Assembly (NCBI GenBank): GCA_951406725.2
Contig: OX597815.1
Coordinates: 146,754,001-146,818,000 of the forward strand
Length of the DNA stretch: 64,000 bases
Direction of reading: 5' to 3'
Source: Octopus vulgaris
Taxonomy: Eukaryota
In this document: piece by piece, positions 14,818 through 29,847 of the stretch
Position numbering within the stretch: position 1 is the first letter of the stretch
Layout of the letters: every line of letters starts with the position of its first letter
Program-made: the position numbers and the translations under genes
The notes under the pieces: generated by a model
What the model saw: only the letters and a program-made list of their open reading frames with translations
Databases searched by the model: none
What the model was told of the DNA's origin: nothing

Positions 14818-15916
14818 GCACACACCCATGTCTGCATTCTAAGTATAAATCATCGGCGTATTCCCGAAAGAGGTCATCTATACGATATCATATTAGATAA
14901 ACAGAATGTGTTAAATTATGGTCAAAATGCTGTAGTAAATGTCGATGAGGGATTATGAGATATTTTCAATAGATATTGCATATCAGATAATTTCTATAAC
15001 CTTTGACATTACTTCTCTATTCCTTCTCTATTCCTATTGACAACAAACTGTATCTTCTATTCAATAGAGTGATAAATTGCCTCGTATACACAAATTAATT
15101 TGGAAATCGCAGACATTGATTGATATCTAATAAAAATGATTTTGAAATAGTATTTCCAGGAACTGATATAGTTGTTCCTCTCTACTTTCTTGGTTCAAAT
15201 ACCATTGGAGTTGAATATGGCATTTAATCTTCTCAGGTAGCTAAAGTAAGTACCATACAGGGGTCTATGTGCATGTGCCTATCACGATAATAACGACCAA
15301 TGTTAATAATTATTTTTTAAATATATATTACTTTGGAATATCCATGTATCACATTTGGATATATATGATATTGGGAATTTTGTGATACGTATTGGTGATT
15401 TTATACCTCCTGCTTTACCGTACAGTACACATTTCACTCCCACCGTATTGAAGCCACTTTTTTCAGTATATCCGTCTTGTAAATCTCCATCCGCTCGAGT
15501 ACGTATCGTGATGTGCATCCCAAAATGTAGTAGTTGATATCTAATACGTGATTTCAAAGTCTGCAGAAATTTGCTTTTTCTGCATTATCCAGTCTGATTC
15601 TGTATGTGTGACCTTTCCCGAAGTTCCCAGAGGCGTATATATAATGTGGATTTGAGAGGATTACGACCATTGCTGTTTTCTCCTACTTTATTTATTGTTC
15701 ATCCCAGTATGGGGTATACGCCTGTTCTTCATATTAAAATATTGTTCATGGATTGTTCATAGTTTTTGTGGATTGTAATGTTATAAAAGTATTTTGGATC
15801 AGTACACTGTATCGTTCACAAGTTCGGTAACCGTGTATTTTTTAAATTTTATTTGTAACACTCTAACGTCTTATAGGTATTCATAAGAATAAGTGTATTA
15901 GTATATGTTTTTTAAT

Positions 15917-16050
15917 GGAGGACGTAGCCCAGTGGTTTTGGCGTTTGGCTCACCTCCATAAAATTGTACTTCAAACACCTGGTCTTTCGATGCATTGTCT
16001 CTTTGATCAAGGTACTTCCTTTCCAATAGCATCAATGTGTTCATATATAA
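15917..16050 (+). mobile_element. Old tRNA-derived SINE head
   Basis: GGAGGACGTAGCCCAGTGGTT A-box-like start similar to the 62957 element; degenerate B-box. Confidence 0.45.
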
Positions 16051-16716
16051 AATAGTATTAGCATAGAACTGCAGCACTCTTTATTCCTGAATGTTTTGGT
16101 GAGACAAATGATGGAAGAGTCAAGAATTAGCCTATATCTGTTCACAACTTCATACGCAGATAAAAATAAAATAATGGCGCAAAAGCAACATATATGATAC
16201 GTGTCCATTCGTGGGCATTGGCTGCCTTTTTATGCATTTTTATAGCACGTGGGTGAATTCTCTAAGACGGTGAATTTCTAAGATATATATCATATCATAC
16301 ATGATAGATTAATAATGTTATTTTTTGTGTTGGATAAATGAGACTTATGTCTGTTATGATTAAACACACAAATGAATTAAATATATTTACTAATTATAAA
16401 TGGTTTAATTTACATGCAAAGTAGATGAAACAAAATCAAGCATATATACGCATAATATTTGTGCAAGTGACATCAATAATTGTTCCGGTATCTCTAGCTC
16501 TTTAAACACAACTTTATTTAAATGTTGACAAATATAGTATTATTAAATCTGTATTTTTATTCAATTTAAATTAAATACGTAATAATAAGATTCATCATCA
16601 ATGTCAATAATAATTCCATTCCATGTAGGCACTCATGGAAATAATTGAATCTAAATTAATGCGGTAGTAAATTGAGACATGTTGATTAGAGCATTTGAAC
16701 TTTGCTGAATCCGATA

Positions 16717-16755
16717 ATGTTATCTATAAACAGTTCCACTGTTTATAGATAACAT
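16717..16755. repeat. Perfect 18-bp-arm hairpin with 3-nt loop
   Basis: ATGTTATCTATAAACAGT-TCC-ACTGTTTATAGATAACAT. Confidence 0.95.
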
Positions 16756-17113
16756 AATTTATAGAGCCTTGCTTTAGGCACTCTAAACAATATCGGAGTC
16801 GTAGGTGTGTCATCATAACCTACGTGAAATCTTGGACATTGTTAGCCCTCGTGGATCCCTTCGTTCTCCATGTTTGACCATGGTTTCTTTAAGAAATTGT
16901 GGCACGTAAATGAATAATTTCCTATAGTACTGGACTGTTAAGCCAGCTAAGATAAAAATGAAATGCCAGGTTGACTGTATCGGTATTTGAACCCAGAAGC
17001 AGAATGATTACCACGATACAATCTAACTGATACACTAACGACGATACCACTTGCTTGGAGTAAATCACAATTGTCTCCCGCTCCAAAAAGAACAAAAAAC
17101 AAAACAAACAAAT

Positions 17114-17319
17114 GGACGTAGGTATGTGGTAAGAAGCTTGCTTCGCAAACACATGTTTCCGGGTTCAGTTCCACTGTGTGGTACCTTGCGCAAGTGTCTT
17201 CTATAGTCGCAGGCCGACCAAAGCATTGTGAATGGGTTTCTTAGATGTAAATTAAAAGCCCGTTGTGTGTGTATATATATATATATATATATACATATAT
17301 GTGTATATATATATATGTG

Positions 17320-17357
<38 letters not shown>

Positions 17358-17644
17358 AGTGTGTGTGTGCGCGTGCGTGAGAGTGTGTGTGTGTTAGTAT
17401 GTATATATATCTATCTACATTTGTTTTTGAGTCTGCGTCTGTGTCCCAATTACCGTTTGACAACCGGTGTTGGTGTGCTTGCGATCCTGTAAATTAGCGA
17501 TCTGGCAAAAGGGACCGATAGAATAAGTACTAAGCTTAAGAAATAAGCACAGGGGCCGATTTCTTCAATTAAAATGCCTTCAAGATGGTGATCCAGTTTG
17601 GCCGCAGTCAAATGACTAAAACAAATCAAACAATAAAAGAATAA
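17114..17644 (+). mobile_element. tRNA-derived SINE, family B, with expanded internal (TA)/(TG) tract
   Basis: Head TGTGGTAAGAAGCTTGCTT...CCGGGTTCAGTTCCACTG; 3' half GACAACCGGTGTTGGTGTG...ACCGATAGAATAAGTACT...GGCCGCAGTCAAATGACT; homologous to 1281-1695. Confidence 0.85.
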
Positions 17645-18781
17645 GCAAACGGAGAACCTACTATTCGAAGTAGATAAAACTGGTATATCACGAGAATAAT
17701 ATTTAAGATCGCAATGTGTCATAGTCACGTTTCCCTTCCTCGGTGCCATAATTTCTTTTTCTCGAATTGTCGGTTTTTCGATTCTTTTGCAATCTGTCAG
17801 GTGTTTATCAGCTTGTTGCAAATCATTAGTAACAAAACGTTGATCGTCAAAATACAAAAATGAGAGTATTTATCTCAGTACATAGTTTTTGCATTAAAAC
17901 TAGTAAATCTACAATTCATGAACTGAAAATAATTTTGCGGGCCTCACACAAGGACGGCATGACCTCTCTGTCTTGTACTGAGCTTGTTAACCAGTGTCGA
18001 ACCTATAGTCGTGATATTATAAAAAACAATCTTTCGGAAAAAGGAAAAAAAATCATTCGTGAAGCGAAGCCGTGGTGACGATGATGATTGATGAATGCGT
18101 GCGCGCTGTGTGCTCAAAATTTGAACAAAAACGAGGTAAGGTAAGGCAATGTCATGTATATGAAAAACAGGCAAATGTAGTCATATCAAATACTGTACAA
18201 CATAAATTCTTTATCCATTAAAATTATCTTCTCGTCTTCAGGAGATGTCACAATTACTAAATGGCATTATGGAAAAGGATAGGCTGATTGTCGGCAGATA
18301 AGGGAAGAGTCCTTGACACGTGTTTCTGCCTCGGTAATAAAACGCAATATACCAGTAGCAATAACTGGAAAGTAGTCTTCTTTCAGAATGCATACATTGC
18401 ATCCGTCAAATAGATTCGAGCTACCATTTTTGATGATATAATATGAATGAAGATGATTTGATTGCTTCTAGTATTATGTCACTCAACGTCTGAGTTGGCA
18501 TCCCACCGTGATCCTCTTAGCCTTTAATCCTTTAGTGATCAACAAAATATAGATAGCGCACATCAGGTATTAGCGGTGGAAGGGTCAATATAATAGATTA
18601 CGTTTACCTTGAAATATGTGGCCGTCGTAATTTTGTTTTAAATCATTGTTACATCCGAGAAGCTAAACAAGAGAAGACGTAAGTAAATATATATATATAT
18701 TTCAGAATTTATAACTAACATTATCTTCTTTACACGGCACAGTTTGTTTCTGGCTTGGAAATTGAGGTGAAGATAAATATT

Positions 18782-18849
18782 TAAGAAGTCTCTAAAGTAC
18801 ACTGTCAACTTTCCTAAGAAGCCTCTATGTACACTGTCAACTTTCCTAA
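18782..18849. repeat. ~32-bp tandem duplication
   Basis: TAAGAAG(T/C)CTCTA..GTACACTGTCAACTTTCC occurs twice. Confidence 0.85.
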
Positions 18850-18948
18850 TTTGCAACTGATATTGAAACCAAACAAAAAATACATCAAGCACCATTCATT
18901 CTAAAGTAAACTATGAGTAAAGGCCCCTCAATCTCTGCAAAGTATGTA

Positions 18949-18949
18949 A

Positions 18950-19013
<64 letters not shown>

Positions 19014-19518
19014 ATAATAATAATAATAATAATAGTAATAATGATATTAATAATAATAATAGTAATAATATAATTTTATCATTGTTCTTATTGTTCGTGG
19101 TAGAGGTGGACGTGGTGTTATCTTTATTACTGTCGTTTTCTTTATTACTGCTGTTGTTGAAGTTACCATCTTCATCATTTTTTTCATTGCCATCCCCACC
19201 ACTACCACCTCCATCATTGACTTCACTATTGTCATCATCATTTTTAACATCATCGTCGTCGTTGTCGTCTACGTTGTCGTCTTCGCCGTCGATTATATCA
19301 TAGAGTGGTACTTTTATGCATGTTGATAAAGTGAGTTTCAATTTGAATTTTTTTACAGTCTTTTGGATGTTGTGTCCAATGCATCAATTACTACAGATAT
19401 AATTATTGTTTTGGTCTTCAACAGTTTCCACAGCTCTCTGGATTGATCCTGATATTCTATTCTTTCCATTTCTTTGATATCAACTCCCGCAATCATGTAA
19501 TGGTGGCGGTAATTGTAT

Positions 19519-19571
<53 letters not shown>

Positions 19572-19615
19572 ATATTAGTAGTAGTAATAGTAGTAGTAGT
19601 TGTAGTAGTAGTAGG
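18949..19615. repeat. Trinucleotide complex: (CTA)n(TAA)n, decayed TCA/TCG tract, then (TAG)n
   Basis: Direct observation; (CTA)n at ~18949 and (TAG)n at ~19518 are mutually inverted. Confidence 0.9.
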
Positions 19616-22468
19616 AAGGGGACGAGGAGAAGGAAAAGAATGAGGAGGGGTGGCGGAGTCAATTCGTTCAGTTTCCTATGATTGCTCATTTGTGCAATTA
19701 TGAAATGGCTGATTTCACTTTGCAGGAATAATCTGTGGATTTCGCAAATCCATTATGAAGATTGCTCCACCGACTACATTTGGCAAGGAAGATCAAATAG
19801 ATTTTCCTTTATCTGTTGATTATTTCGAAAGACACTATATTGTAGGGTGAGGTTGAAAATAAGCATGGCAAGTTGTTTCTCACAAATAAAACTTTGCTCC
19901 AGCATTTTTAATTATCACTTTAGAAGAAAAATAAAGGCGTACTGAATTATCTTGCTCTCTGGTAAATTTCCTGAAATGAGAGTGTGAGTGCCAAAGTTGA
20001 TTAAACCTGTTTATCAGTGAAAATATTAATAACACCTGCTAATAAACGGGAAGCTTTCTGAAGAGGTATTTGTTAACGGCATTTCTAGAATATTTCTAAA
20101 TACATTTGGTTATTTAAAGAAATTCACATTAAATATTTTTGTCTTTTTTTTCATAAGCAATTAATAACTTCGTCAAATATTAAGTGATGTTATTCTCGAT
20201 ATTAGCTGATAATCGCTTGAAAATAGGCACATGTAATGGAAGTAGTAGATATTCACAATGAATATATAAATCTTCATAGAATTAATATAAAATAATATGC
20301 TATGGTAGTAATGAAGGAAAACAGTCTTAGACACTTTCATCATCATTATCTTTTCATTTTTACTCAATTCTACATCGATAAATAAATCCAACGCCAAAGG
20401 ATTATTTTAATAACATAACGCTGTTATATTTGTTGTAATTGATGAAAAAACAACAGTAATAGCAGCAATGTTTAAAATGTAAGCAATTAAGCAAATTTAA
20501 CTGACAGGCGTGCATGGAACTGATAAGACGATTTCCCTGCAGAATTAATCAGATTATTTATTAATCGATCAGGTAATTTACCAAATACATACATATATGT
20601 TTTAATGTTGTTTCATTAATTATATTTTGAAATTCAAAAGTCAAATAAATTCGCGAAATAATTAGGAATATTGGGAAAGAATGACTAATGTGGAAATACT
20701 AAGAGAGCAAAAAGAGGGAGAGATGTAAAAGTAAAACGTAGACTTGAACAGAATGATTGAGAGAAAAGGAGAGAGAGGGTGGGAAAAGAGGGAAATAGGA
20801 AGAGACATTGAGGATACAACGAGACAGAATTGTAACAACAAAGGAAAAGGGTGTGAACAAGCGTGTGTCAGGTAGAGACGGAGAAAGACAGAGCTAGAGA
20901 GGTAGAGAGAGAGGGTGCAATTTAGGTGTCCTTCACAGAAAAAGAAGGAAAGAGAGGTACAATGGAATTTGTGTAAGAAACAAAGAGATACTTCGTGAGT
21001 GCGACAAAGAGAAAAATGACAAAAGGAGTAAGAAGCAAAACTGCAAGGAAGATAAAAATAAAAATAAAAATTAAACAGTGAGAGCCCAGTTATAGATTAT
21101 CCAACAAGGAAATACAAAGTGCAAGCCCTTTAAGAAACAAAGAAGGATCGGTGAATGAACACAGCAAATATAAGGGATGGGAAAACGCTTTAGAGAGAGA
21201 AAATGATAAAAAGATAGATACAGAGGGAAAGAGAGAGATGGTGAAGACATATATTGAAAACAGCTTGAAAACAATTAGATATCGAGAGGTAGGCAGAGAG
21301 AGGAAGAAAGAGAGATAGCTAGAAAGAGATATAGACATTAGATGGAATGGAGAAACAATAAGAATGTAAAGCAATAAGGAATTTGAATATAAATATGCTG
21401 TGGCAAGTATAAAGAAGTAATGTTAGGTGCAGAAAAAGAACCTTAAGGAAAGACAGAATGCAAAACTGCTGTTGATACACTATATATGCATTCATGTGAA
21501 TATAACTTAGCGATTTGGCAAAAAATACCGATTGAATGAGTAAAATAAGAAGTAAATTTGAAAACTAAGTACTAGAGTCGATTTGGACAACTAAACCCTT
21601 CGTGTTAGGTGGGGAATCATGGATTTAGTCCACGGAAATATAAATGATATGTGTGTCTACAGGGAAAGAGACGTGACAAATAAACGAAAAAAAGGAGGTG
21701 AATGTAAAATTCAAAAAGAGTGGAAAACCATACAACTGCAAAGACCGAAATTATAATCTCAAAGAAAGTGGAGAAAGACAAATGGAGATAACGATGAGAA
21801 TAATAAAAACACAATATATACAGTGAAGTGACAAATCATTACGAAGAAGAATCAGAGCTATTCGTTCTATCTTTACTCCTGTTTTCTTTCTATTATGACT
21901 TTTTTTTTCCTTTTAACAAAAAAAGCAATTTCATTTTTAACAGTTTCATCAGATAATGGCGTTGATTCTCATTCTCTGTCAGATTAAATCACGCAATCGA
22001 TTGTCGGAAAATATATCCACAGTCATATAAAAGAGCAATTGTCTTGCTAAAAGAGTTATTATCGAGATTGTCCAATGTAATTATAATTAGTTGAGGGGTT
22101 CGCTTTCATAAGATTCAAATAGTTAAACGTTTAATCGCAACACCGCATTTTCGTTTTCATGTGCTGCCATCAGCAATCCATTGAGGGCTGAAATAGAAGA
22201 AACAAAAGATCTCCCCCCAGAGGCATTTTACAATTTTTATTTTATTTTACTCTCATCAGTGTCTGTGTAATTGAACTAGGCAGTGAGTCAACGTGACTTG
22301 ATTCGGAAAACTGGATTATGGCCTTTCTTTATTCATTCAATTCAAAAATTCTTAATTTTCAATATAATGTTTATGGGTGCACACGTAGTCTCAGTAATTT
22401 AGAGTGCAACACAAACTGTCACACACATACTTACACATATGTACATACGCGCGTATAAATACATGTGC

Positions 22469-22520
<52 letters not shown>

Positions 22521-22579
22521 GTTTGTTGTTTATACACCTTTCTTCGCCTATTGTTTTTCGATAAATTTCATTCATATAT

Positions 22580-22758
22580 AGCTTGGTAACAAACTGCCTT
22601 CTCAAATACATGATTCGGGGTTCAGTCCCACTCCGTGATAGCAAGTGTTTTCTGTCTCCTACTATTGCCACTGGCCAACCAAAGCTTTCTTAGTAGAGTT
22701 GGTAGAAAGAGACTCAAAGAAGCCCATCCTATATCTATGTATCTATATATCCATATAG

Positions 22759-22850
<92 letters not shown>

Positions 22851-23120
22851 TTACAGATATATATGTGTATGTGTGTGTATATATGTGTATATGGTTCTAT
22901 GTGTGTGTGTGTCTCTGTGTATGTGTTTGTCCCCTATCATCGCATGACAACCGGTGTTGAAGTGTTTACATCCCAATGACGTAGCGGTTTGACAAAGTGG
23001 CCGATAGAGTAAGTATTAGGCTTCAACAGAAGTACTGGGGACGAAATGTTCGACAAAAACCCTCTAAGGTGATGCTCTACCGTGGCGACAGTCACAACAG
23101 GGAAACAAGTAAAAGTGAAC
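22580..23120 (+). mobile_element. tRNA-derived SINE, family B, with internal (CTAT)n expansion
   Basis: CATGATTCGGGGTTCAGTCCCACTCCGTG head; CATCGCATGACAACCGGTGTTG...CCGATAGAGTAAGTA...AGTACTGGGG tail, as in the other family B copies. Confidence 0.8.
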
Positions 23121-23187
23121 GGTAAAACTATAGGTATACAAACACTCAAACACACACAGACATATATACACACACATATATATATAC

Positions 23188-23245
<58 letters not shown>

Positions 23246-23250
23246 TACAC

Positions 23251-23282
<32 letters not shown>

Positions 23283-23585
23283 GTGTGTGTGTGTGTGTTT
23301 GTGTGTGTGTGAAGAACCATAAACCTAAATCTAGATATTGTAAATGTATTTATGCATTTAATATATACGTTTCAAGTAGTTATCTAAAACGAATTTTGTA
23401 ATACTGGCCAGTCATTCAACATTTCATAAAACAAACAAGTATTAAAATGTTTTCTATATATAATAGCTGCTTTGATAGTCTAAGACATCCCGTAAAATGT
23501 AGAATAGGGAAGAAAAACGAGAAGGAAGTTTAAGTACTAAACTTGTGGTAAAGCGCACTGCATCAAATCATACTACGCATATTCA

Positions 23586-23676
<91 letters not shown>

Positions 23677-23952
23677 GAGCGCGCGAGTGTGTGTGGGAGA
23701 GAGTGTGTGTGCGTGTGTGTGTATGTGTGTGTGTGTGTGTGAGTGTGATTTACTAGTCGACATCGACAAGAAATTTCCATGGTATTACGAATATGCAAGC
23801 AATTTGTGATCCATCTATAAAACAAAAGTGTTTCCTGATGTATTATAACCATTTTTCAAAACTGTATATGTATTAATAGTTCCGGAGATACGTTCATTAT
23901 TTGCAGCATCGAAGCAGTAAGTGGATAAACTAATTCATACTGTTGCAACAGT

Positions 23953-23991
23953 AATGCACAATGACCAATGCACAATGACCAATGCACAATG
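23953..23991. repeat. 14-bp tandem repeat (AATGCACAATGACC)x2.8
   Basis: Direct observation. Confidence 0.9.
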
Positions 23992-24660
23992 TCGTAGCAA
24001 TATGTCCAGTTGCAATGCATATCCTTTTGAAATAACAGACAAACCTATCCAAATTAGAGGTACGAGATTTCAGAGATTCTGGGATGAACATACTATTTTA
24101 CATGCGACCGCAGTCACCATACCCAGCTTTTAATCTGGATTTACACCGAAATATGTTATCGCTGACGAATATGACTAGATATCGCTCGAAATCCAAAACT
24201 CAATACTGTGTCCAAGAATTTTAGAACGAAGTGACATGGAGAACCGTGAGCGTCAACATAAACAAGTATTGGAGTTTCAAAGATATATTGGTGTGGAACA
24301 TTTTACTTCAGCCTCGAACGTTTATTAACAAGTTCATTCTCTTCAAGCCGTGCAAATAACTCGAATGTATATGTATACATTTACATGCATTTACCTCGAT
24401 GCACAAAATGCTCTTACGCGCGCACACGCACATACAAATGTATGTATATGTTTACATGTATGTGTGTATGTGTGTTTGTGCATATGTGTGTATAGAGATA
24501 GACAAGTAACTGAATAAAGAACTCCGTACACTAATATGTGTGAAAATTCATATTTTCAATGTTTAGATTAATCTGTCGTTGAATTTCACTGTAGGATGAG
24601 ATGGAAGAAACTTCGAAGTAACTCTCGATCTTTAAAAAGATACACGCACATACGCAAATA

Positions 24661-24704
<44 letters not shown>

Positions 24705-24747
24705 TGTTTACATACAAGCATAGTACAGATATACATACAAACATATA

Positions 24748-24810
<63 letters not shown>

Positions 24811-27800
24811 ATATATATGTATGTATGTATATATATCAAAGCAGTTAGGGAGTAGATTCATACTGTTGCGATAGAGAAGTAGAAATACGCATACACATAT
24901 CTAAATATATAGTGGGAGGGAGTGAGAGAGAGAAGTAGATAGAGAATGAGAGAGACTGAGAGAGAGAGGGAAGGAGTAGCATGTATGTAAAAACGCAGCT
25001 TGTATTTGAAATGTGTTATATTGAAACAACAGCCTTTTATTAGTGTCAGTATTGCTTACCAATGATTTCTCTTATATTCATAGAAGTGTCTAATGTTTGC
25101 TCAAGAACAATATCTTTCATACTTACGTTAACGTTTCTAGACAACCTCACCTTTCTAGTCTAGAGGTTGGTTTGCTAGCCATGTTTTCTTTTCTATTTGT
25201 CTTGTTTTGTTTCTTCTACAGAGAGCCGGCAAGTTTTTGAGAATTATTTAATGATATTGTCTGAGCTGACGGATTAAAAATTTTAGCTCTAGGATTCCAG
25301 TTGTATTTATCAATTAGAAAATGTCTTTAGTTAATTAGTAATTAATGTACGTTTGTTAAGATTTCTTTGTATTTCACTATTAATGATACTTACATGACTA
25401 ATCTCTTCGAATTCGTGAAATTTCCTACTGCTTGTTTGTCTCATCAAGTATCATTTTTCTTCATAGTTTTTCTTCATAGTTTTTCTTCACTAGTATAAAT
25501 AAGTGATATATAATAATGCTTCGCAGGCAAACAAATATACTAATTCAGTATAATAGTCTGGTTCTTAAAATATATTATTTTATTTGTTTAATTTTTCTCT
25601 CGTTTACAGTTGGAGAATTAACTGCTTGGGCTTTTACTTTGACTATAATGGCGGTGAAACATATCTGTTTCATATTTCATAACTCAAAAAATCTAGCACC
25701 GCTAATTATGCAAGTCACATATCCTAAAAGATACGTTCGGTGCAATGTGTTTATTATGGTAGTTTTGAATGTAAGAGTCACTCCTAACGTGAGGCATTTA
25801 TATAAAGTAATACCCTTAATATAAATATAGCTAAAGGAAATAATTAATTACTTTTTCCCTTATGAGGTTTTTCGGGCTAACTACTTCATAAATCCTTATA
25901 AAGATTTTATCCTATTTTAAAATTATATATATATATATATAACTTGTATGCTATATCCCCTCCAGTAAATATACCAACACCTTGACTATGTATATCGAAT
26001 AATAATTTTTACTGATTGATGCATTGGACACATTTTTAGATATTATGTTTAAGTAGAAAATATGCTATAAGTATATTCATTAGAACGAGAATAGCTCATC
26101 ACATGTTGCCTAGTTTGCCAATACCAAGAATTTCTTTCCCTAATGAATAAGATTAATTAAATCCGTTGTTCATTAAATCTTTCATTTTATTCTTATTTTT
26201 ATATTAATTCTCTCCACGCTATTGTCTAATATCAACCTAATTATATTAATTGATATCGCACCTTACGTCGTCATCTGCATTTTGTTTCATCGATAAATTT
26301 TAAAATAAAATAAAATTGAAATTGAATTGAGCTGAATTGAGTTGAAAGCCACGTGTATTTAGAATTACTTTTCTCTCTTTTCTCACAACCATAAATCCAG
26401 TAATTTTGACCTCAGGCAAATTGACCCACCTCTAGTTCCTAATTATTCAGCTATGGGTATCGATTGAAGTAGAAGGTTTCAGCCTCATGTCCAAGAATAC
26501 ATAATGATGCCTTTCACAGGATATTTACACACGACCCGTGACACTAGAGGTTGATATTGAATACCTCTCGTAATTGCTGTTCCTCTTCATTTCTATTTAA
26601 CTGTCAACAGAAAATTTGTCATTCGTAACAGTTTACGCTGTAGAGAGAGCTAAGCAAGATGAGCTAATTCATCATCGGTCAGGGGAAATTGCTGCATGAC
26701 TTGTTTAAATTAAGGTGAATCAATAGATAATTATGAGATAATGAGCTAAACAAAAGGAGTTTCAGAAATCAAATTATTATCCCATAATGCTTGATATTAT
26801 CATCAATACACCTGTTGTAACTGACTGATCACCAAACTTTTATTCAATGAGGATATTTCACTATGCATACTCCTCATCTATCTATCTATTCTGTTTATAA
26901 AATATTATGTCACTTCTAGCACTCGTCTCATACAAACTTGCTATCTTCGCAGAACACATTTACACTTTGTATCGAAAATGTTAAGAAGCATAAAATTTTA
27001 CTGGTATTGTAAATAGTAAACATTCTTATCAACTTTACCGTTGTTATACAGTGACATATCAACCCCCACCAAAAAAAAAACAAAAAAACATCTAAACACT
27101 TGCACCAAGTTTCCGATCTGCAGTACCCTCACAGGACCTCATAGTGATCATAACAATTGTGAATGCCATTCCAGACCATTCGTATATCTTCTCTTTATAT
27201 TGCGGATGTATTGTTTAACATAGACTTTCATTTGATTAAAGTAGTAATGGTATGATATGATGCAACATACCTTTCTTTTTGAAGCAGGTCTGGTGAACAT
27301 GTACATTCTTTCGATTTGTGTAAGCGTTTTAAAGACTAATGTAAATATAAAAATCAATTATTTAGATTGTGAGCGAAATAAGAGATTAAAACGTTCAACT
27401 GAAAATGCTACTGAAGTTCAAAATTGTATAAGTTAGGTTAGAGACGGAACAGTGAAATATTTCAGTGACGGATGATTCAAACCAGGTATCTCTCATTTCC
27501 TGTGTGAGTTTGGGTGGGTTTCCTAGTGTAATCGGTTAATGTGTGGTTTGCCGAGCGCTTCGTGCATGTTTTGTAACTAGCGAGAGTGTTTCATTGTTCT
27601 GTCTCAAATTGCACTTTATAGAAATCTGTGATGCATCTCAATAACTTGGTTTTGTATTTCTCTCTAGGTGGCGAATTGGTAATCTCAATGCGACGTTAGA
27701 CGTAATACCTTCTCTTGTTTGATGCGAAACTCTACACTGCGAGATCAAATCCAGCTTAGGTCACATTTGCCTTTCACCTTGTTGTGAAAGGTAAAAAGTA

Positions 27801-29796
27801 CTATTCCAGGTCACTGGTATGAAGGAAATGCTAGAATGCTTTTGGATTCTGTGTTCCAATTTAGTTGGACAGTAAATTAAATCAATTGCCCAGTTAAAAA
27901 AAAATCTAAGCACTCACACCAGGTTTCCGATCTGCTCCCAGTACTCTCAGAGAACCTCTAAGGCAGCATAGGCGCTGCATTCACTCCTTACTAGAACATA
28001 AATTATTTATTTGCCATTACGTTTCTCCGCATCCAAACGTGATATGACAAAATTTGTGCTGTATATAATACACGGTTTATTGCTATAAGATTACCACTCT
28101 TAGAATAATTTCACATCAACATCATTCAAATCAATTTTAAGGAAAATACATCCGACAAAATCATGAAGAATAAAAAAATTATTTTAAGAAAATAAGGGAA
28201 AAAGGAAAACAATTTCCCTTCAAGAATCTTAAATTTTCTTCTGGGTTCGGAATTGCGGATATAGATTATCGTAATGTGAAGAATTATGTGTAGAAATCAG
28301 CTGATTCTAATTAAGACAGCAAGATAATTAAGTTATTTGATGCAATTCACTTTAATATATAGTAATTAACATTGAGTTACTGTAATTAAATACTCGACGT
28401 CTTGAAATTAAAATTAAGATGTTGCCTGCTGAGTTCTTTCCTCTCAGCTTAGACCATTTCCACAAACCTGTGCCTGACCATTACATTTACTAAAGATAGC
28501 AACCGAGTTACCTCAATTCAAACGCTACCACCTTAAACAGGAAAGGGCACATTAGGTGATTTGGTCAAGTCTATGCAAAAGACGTGATGGGCACGGGTTT
28601 ATTTACAGTTTTAGTAAACAATCACAACGTCAAAAAAGTATCTAGGACCAGCTATGTGGTTCTATAATGTGCTTGAAATAGAAGTCAAGTTTTCTAACGT
28701 ATATAGGATACCGTCTTGAAAAGGAAGCTATATGAAACTAGATTCGATATAGCAATGTTAATGTATATTCTGGAAGAAAAGAAGCAATGGTTATGGGTAC
28801 GACAGTTTTGATCATAGGGCTGCTCAAAAGTGATCGACCTATGGTGAAATGACAGATGCAACTCCACTATCTGCTACTACTCCTCCCCTCCTATCCGACC
28901 TCCTCCCCTCGCGCTCCTACTCCTAATATAACTACTGCTGCTGATTAAGAAGCGGAAGACAGGTATTTTGATAACTTAAGACCTTAATAACCGGATACAA
29001 CGATGTCATATTTTCGATAATGCTTTATAATTCATAAATAACGTAAATCTGTTGTTTTTTAAAGAAAATGATCGGAATTTAGTACAACACCTATCATACT
29101 ATGACATGGGGAATTATACCTTTGGAAGTTTTAGGGTTTAGCTTAGTTTCGTATGTCACAACACACTGTATTAACACTCGGAATTTGCAGTCAAATATTT
29201 CTAGGAACATTGACAATCTGTCAAGAGAAAGGGTTACAATATGTCAAATTTATTCCATACGATGAATTGGATAAAGTTGTAGACGTAACCTTGAGAATTA
29301 CAAACGATTGTTGAGTCTTAACCGAAGTCTTTTATAGAAATCCTGTTACATTTAGAAGAATATTTATGACATATTGTCAATATCTTTCTAAATTTTAAAG
29401 GATTTTCTCTACAATATGTAATGTTTATAACGTTGAATGAATGAGATTCCAGAGTATGATTTCAATCAGACATAACAATATTTGGATCATTTCCTTATGT
29501 TTTGAATATTTCCTGTCATATCTCATGTAAAGTACTAACAAATGCATACAATGATTACACCTTTTATTAAGACACAGGATTCTCAACAAACATTGTCATT
29601 CTAACAGCTAGAAATAGTAGCTAAGTCATTCTTGATTCATTGTGTGCCATATTAAAAAGAAAAGGACAACAATGCAATCTATGTTACTCTCTGTGTATGC
29701 TTATAAATACGCATTCTTTCTGGTTTAGGCTCAAAGCCACCAATTTTCAGGAGAAAGGGTTTCTTAATATCATAAATCCAAAACATACATACATAC

Positions 29797-29847
<51 letters not shown>

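Noticed and set aside
17860-18145. Possible exon ending at GAG|GTAAG (about 18135)
   Set aside because: A good donor consensus alone is insufficient; no convincing ORF or acceptor.
18928-19341. 137-aa D/N/G/T-rich ORF
   Set aside because: Decayed trinucleotide repeats running into poly-L/V; not credible as an exon.
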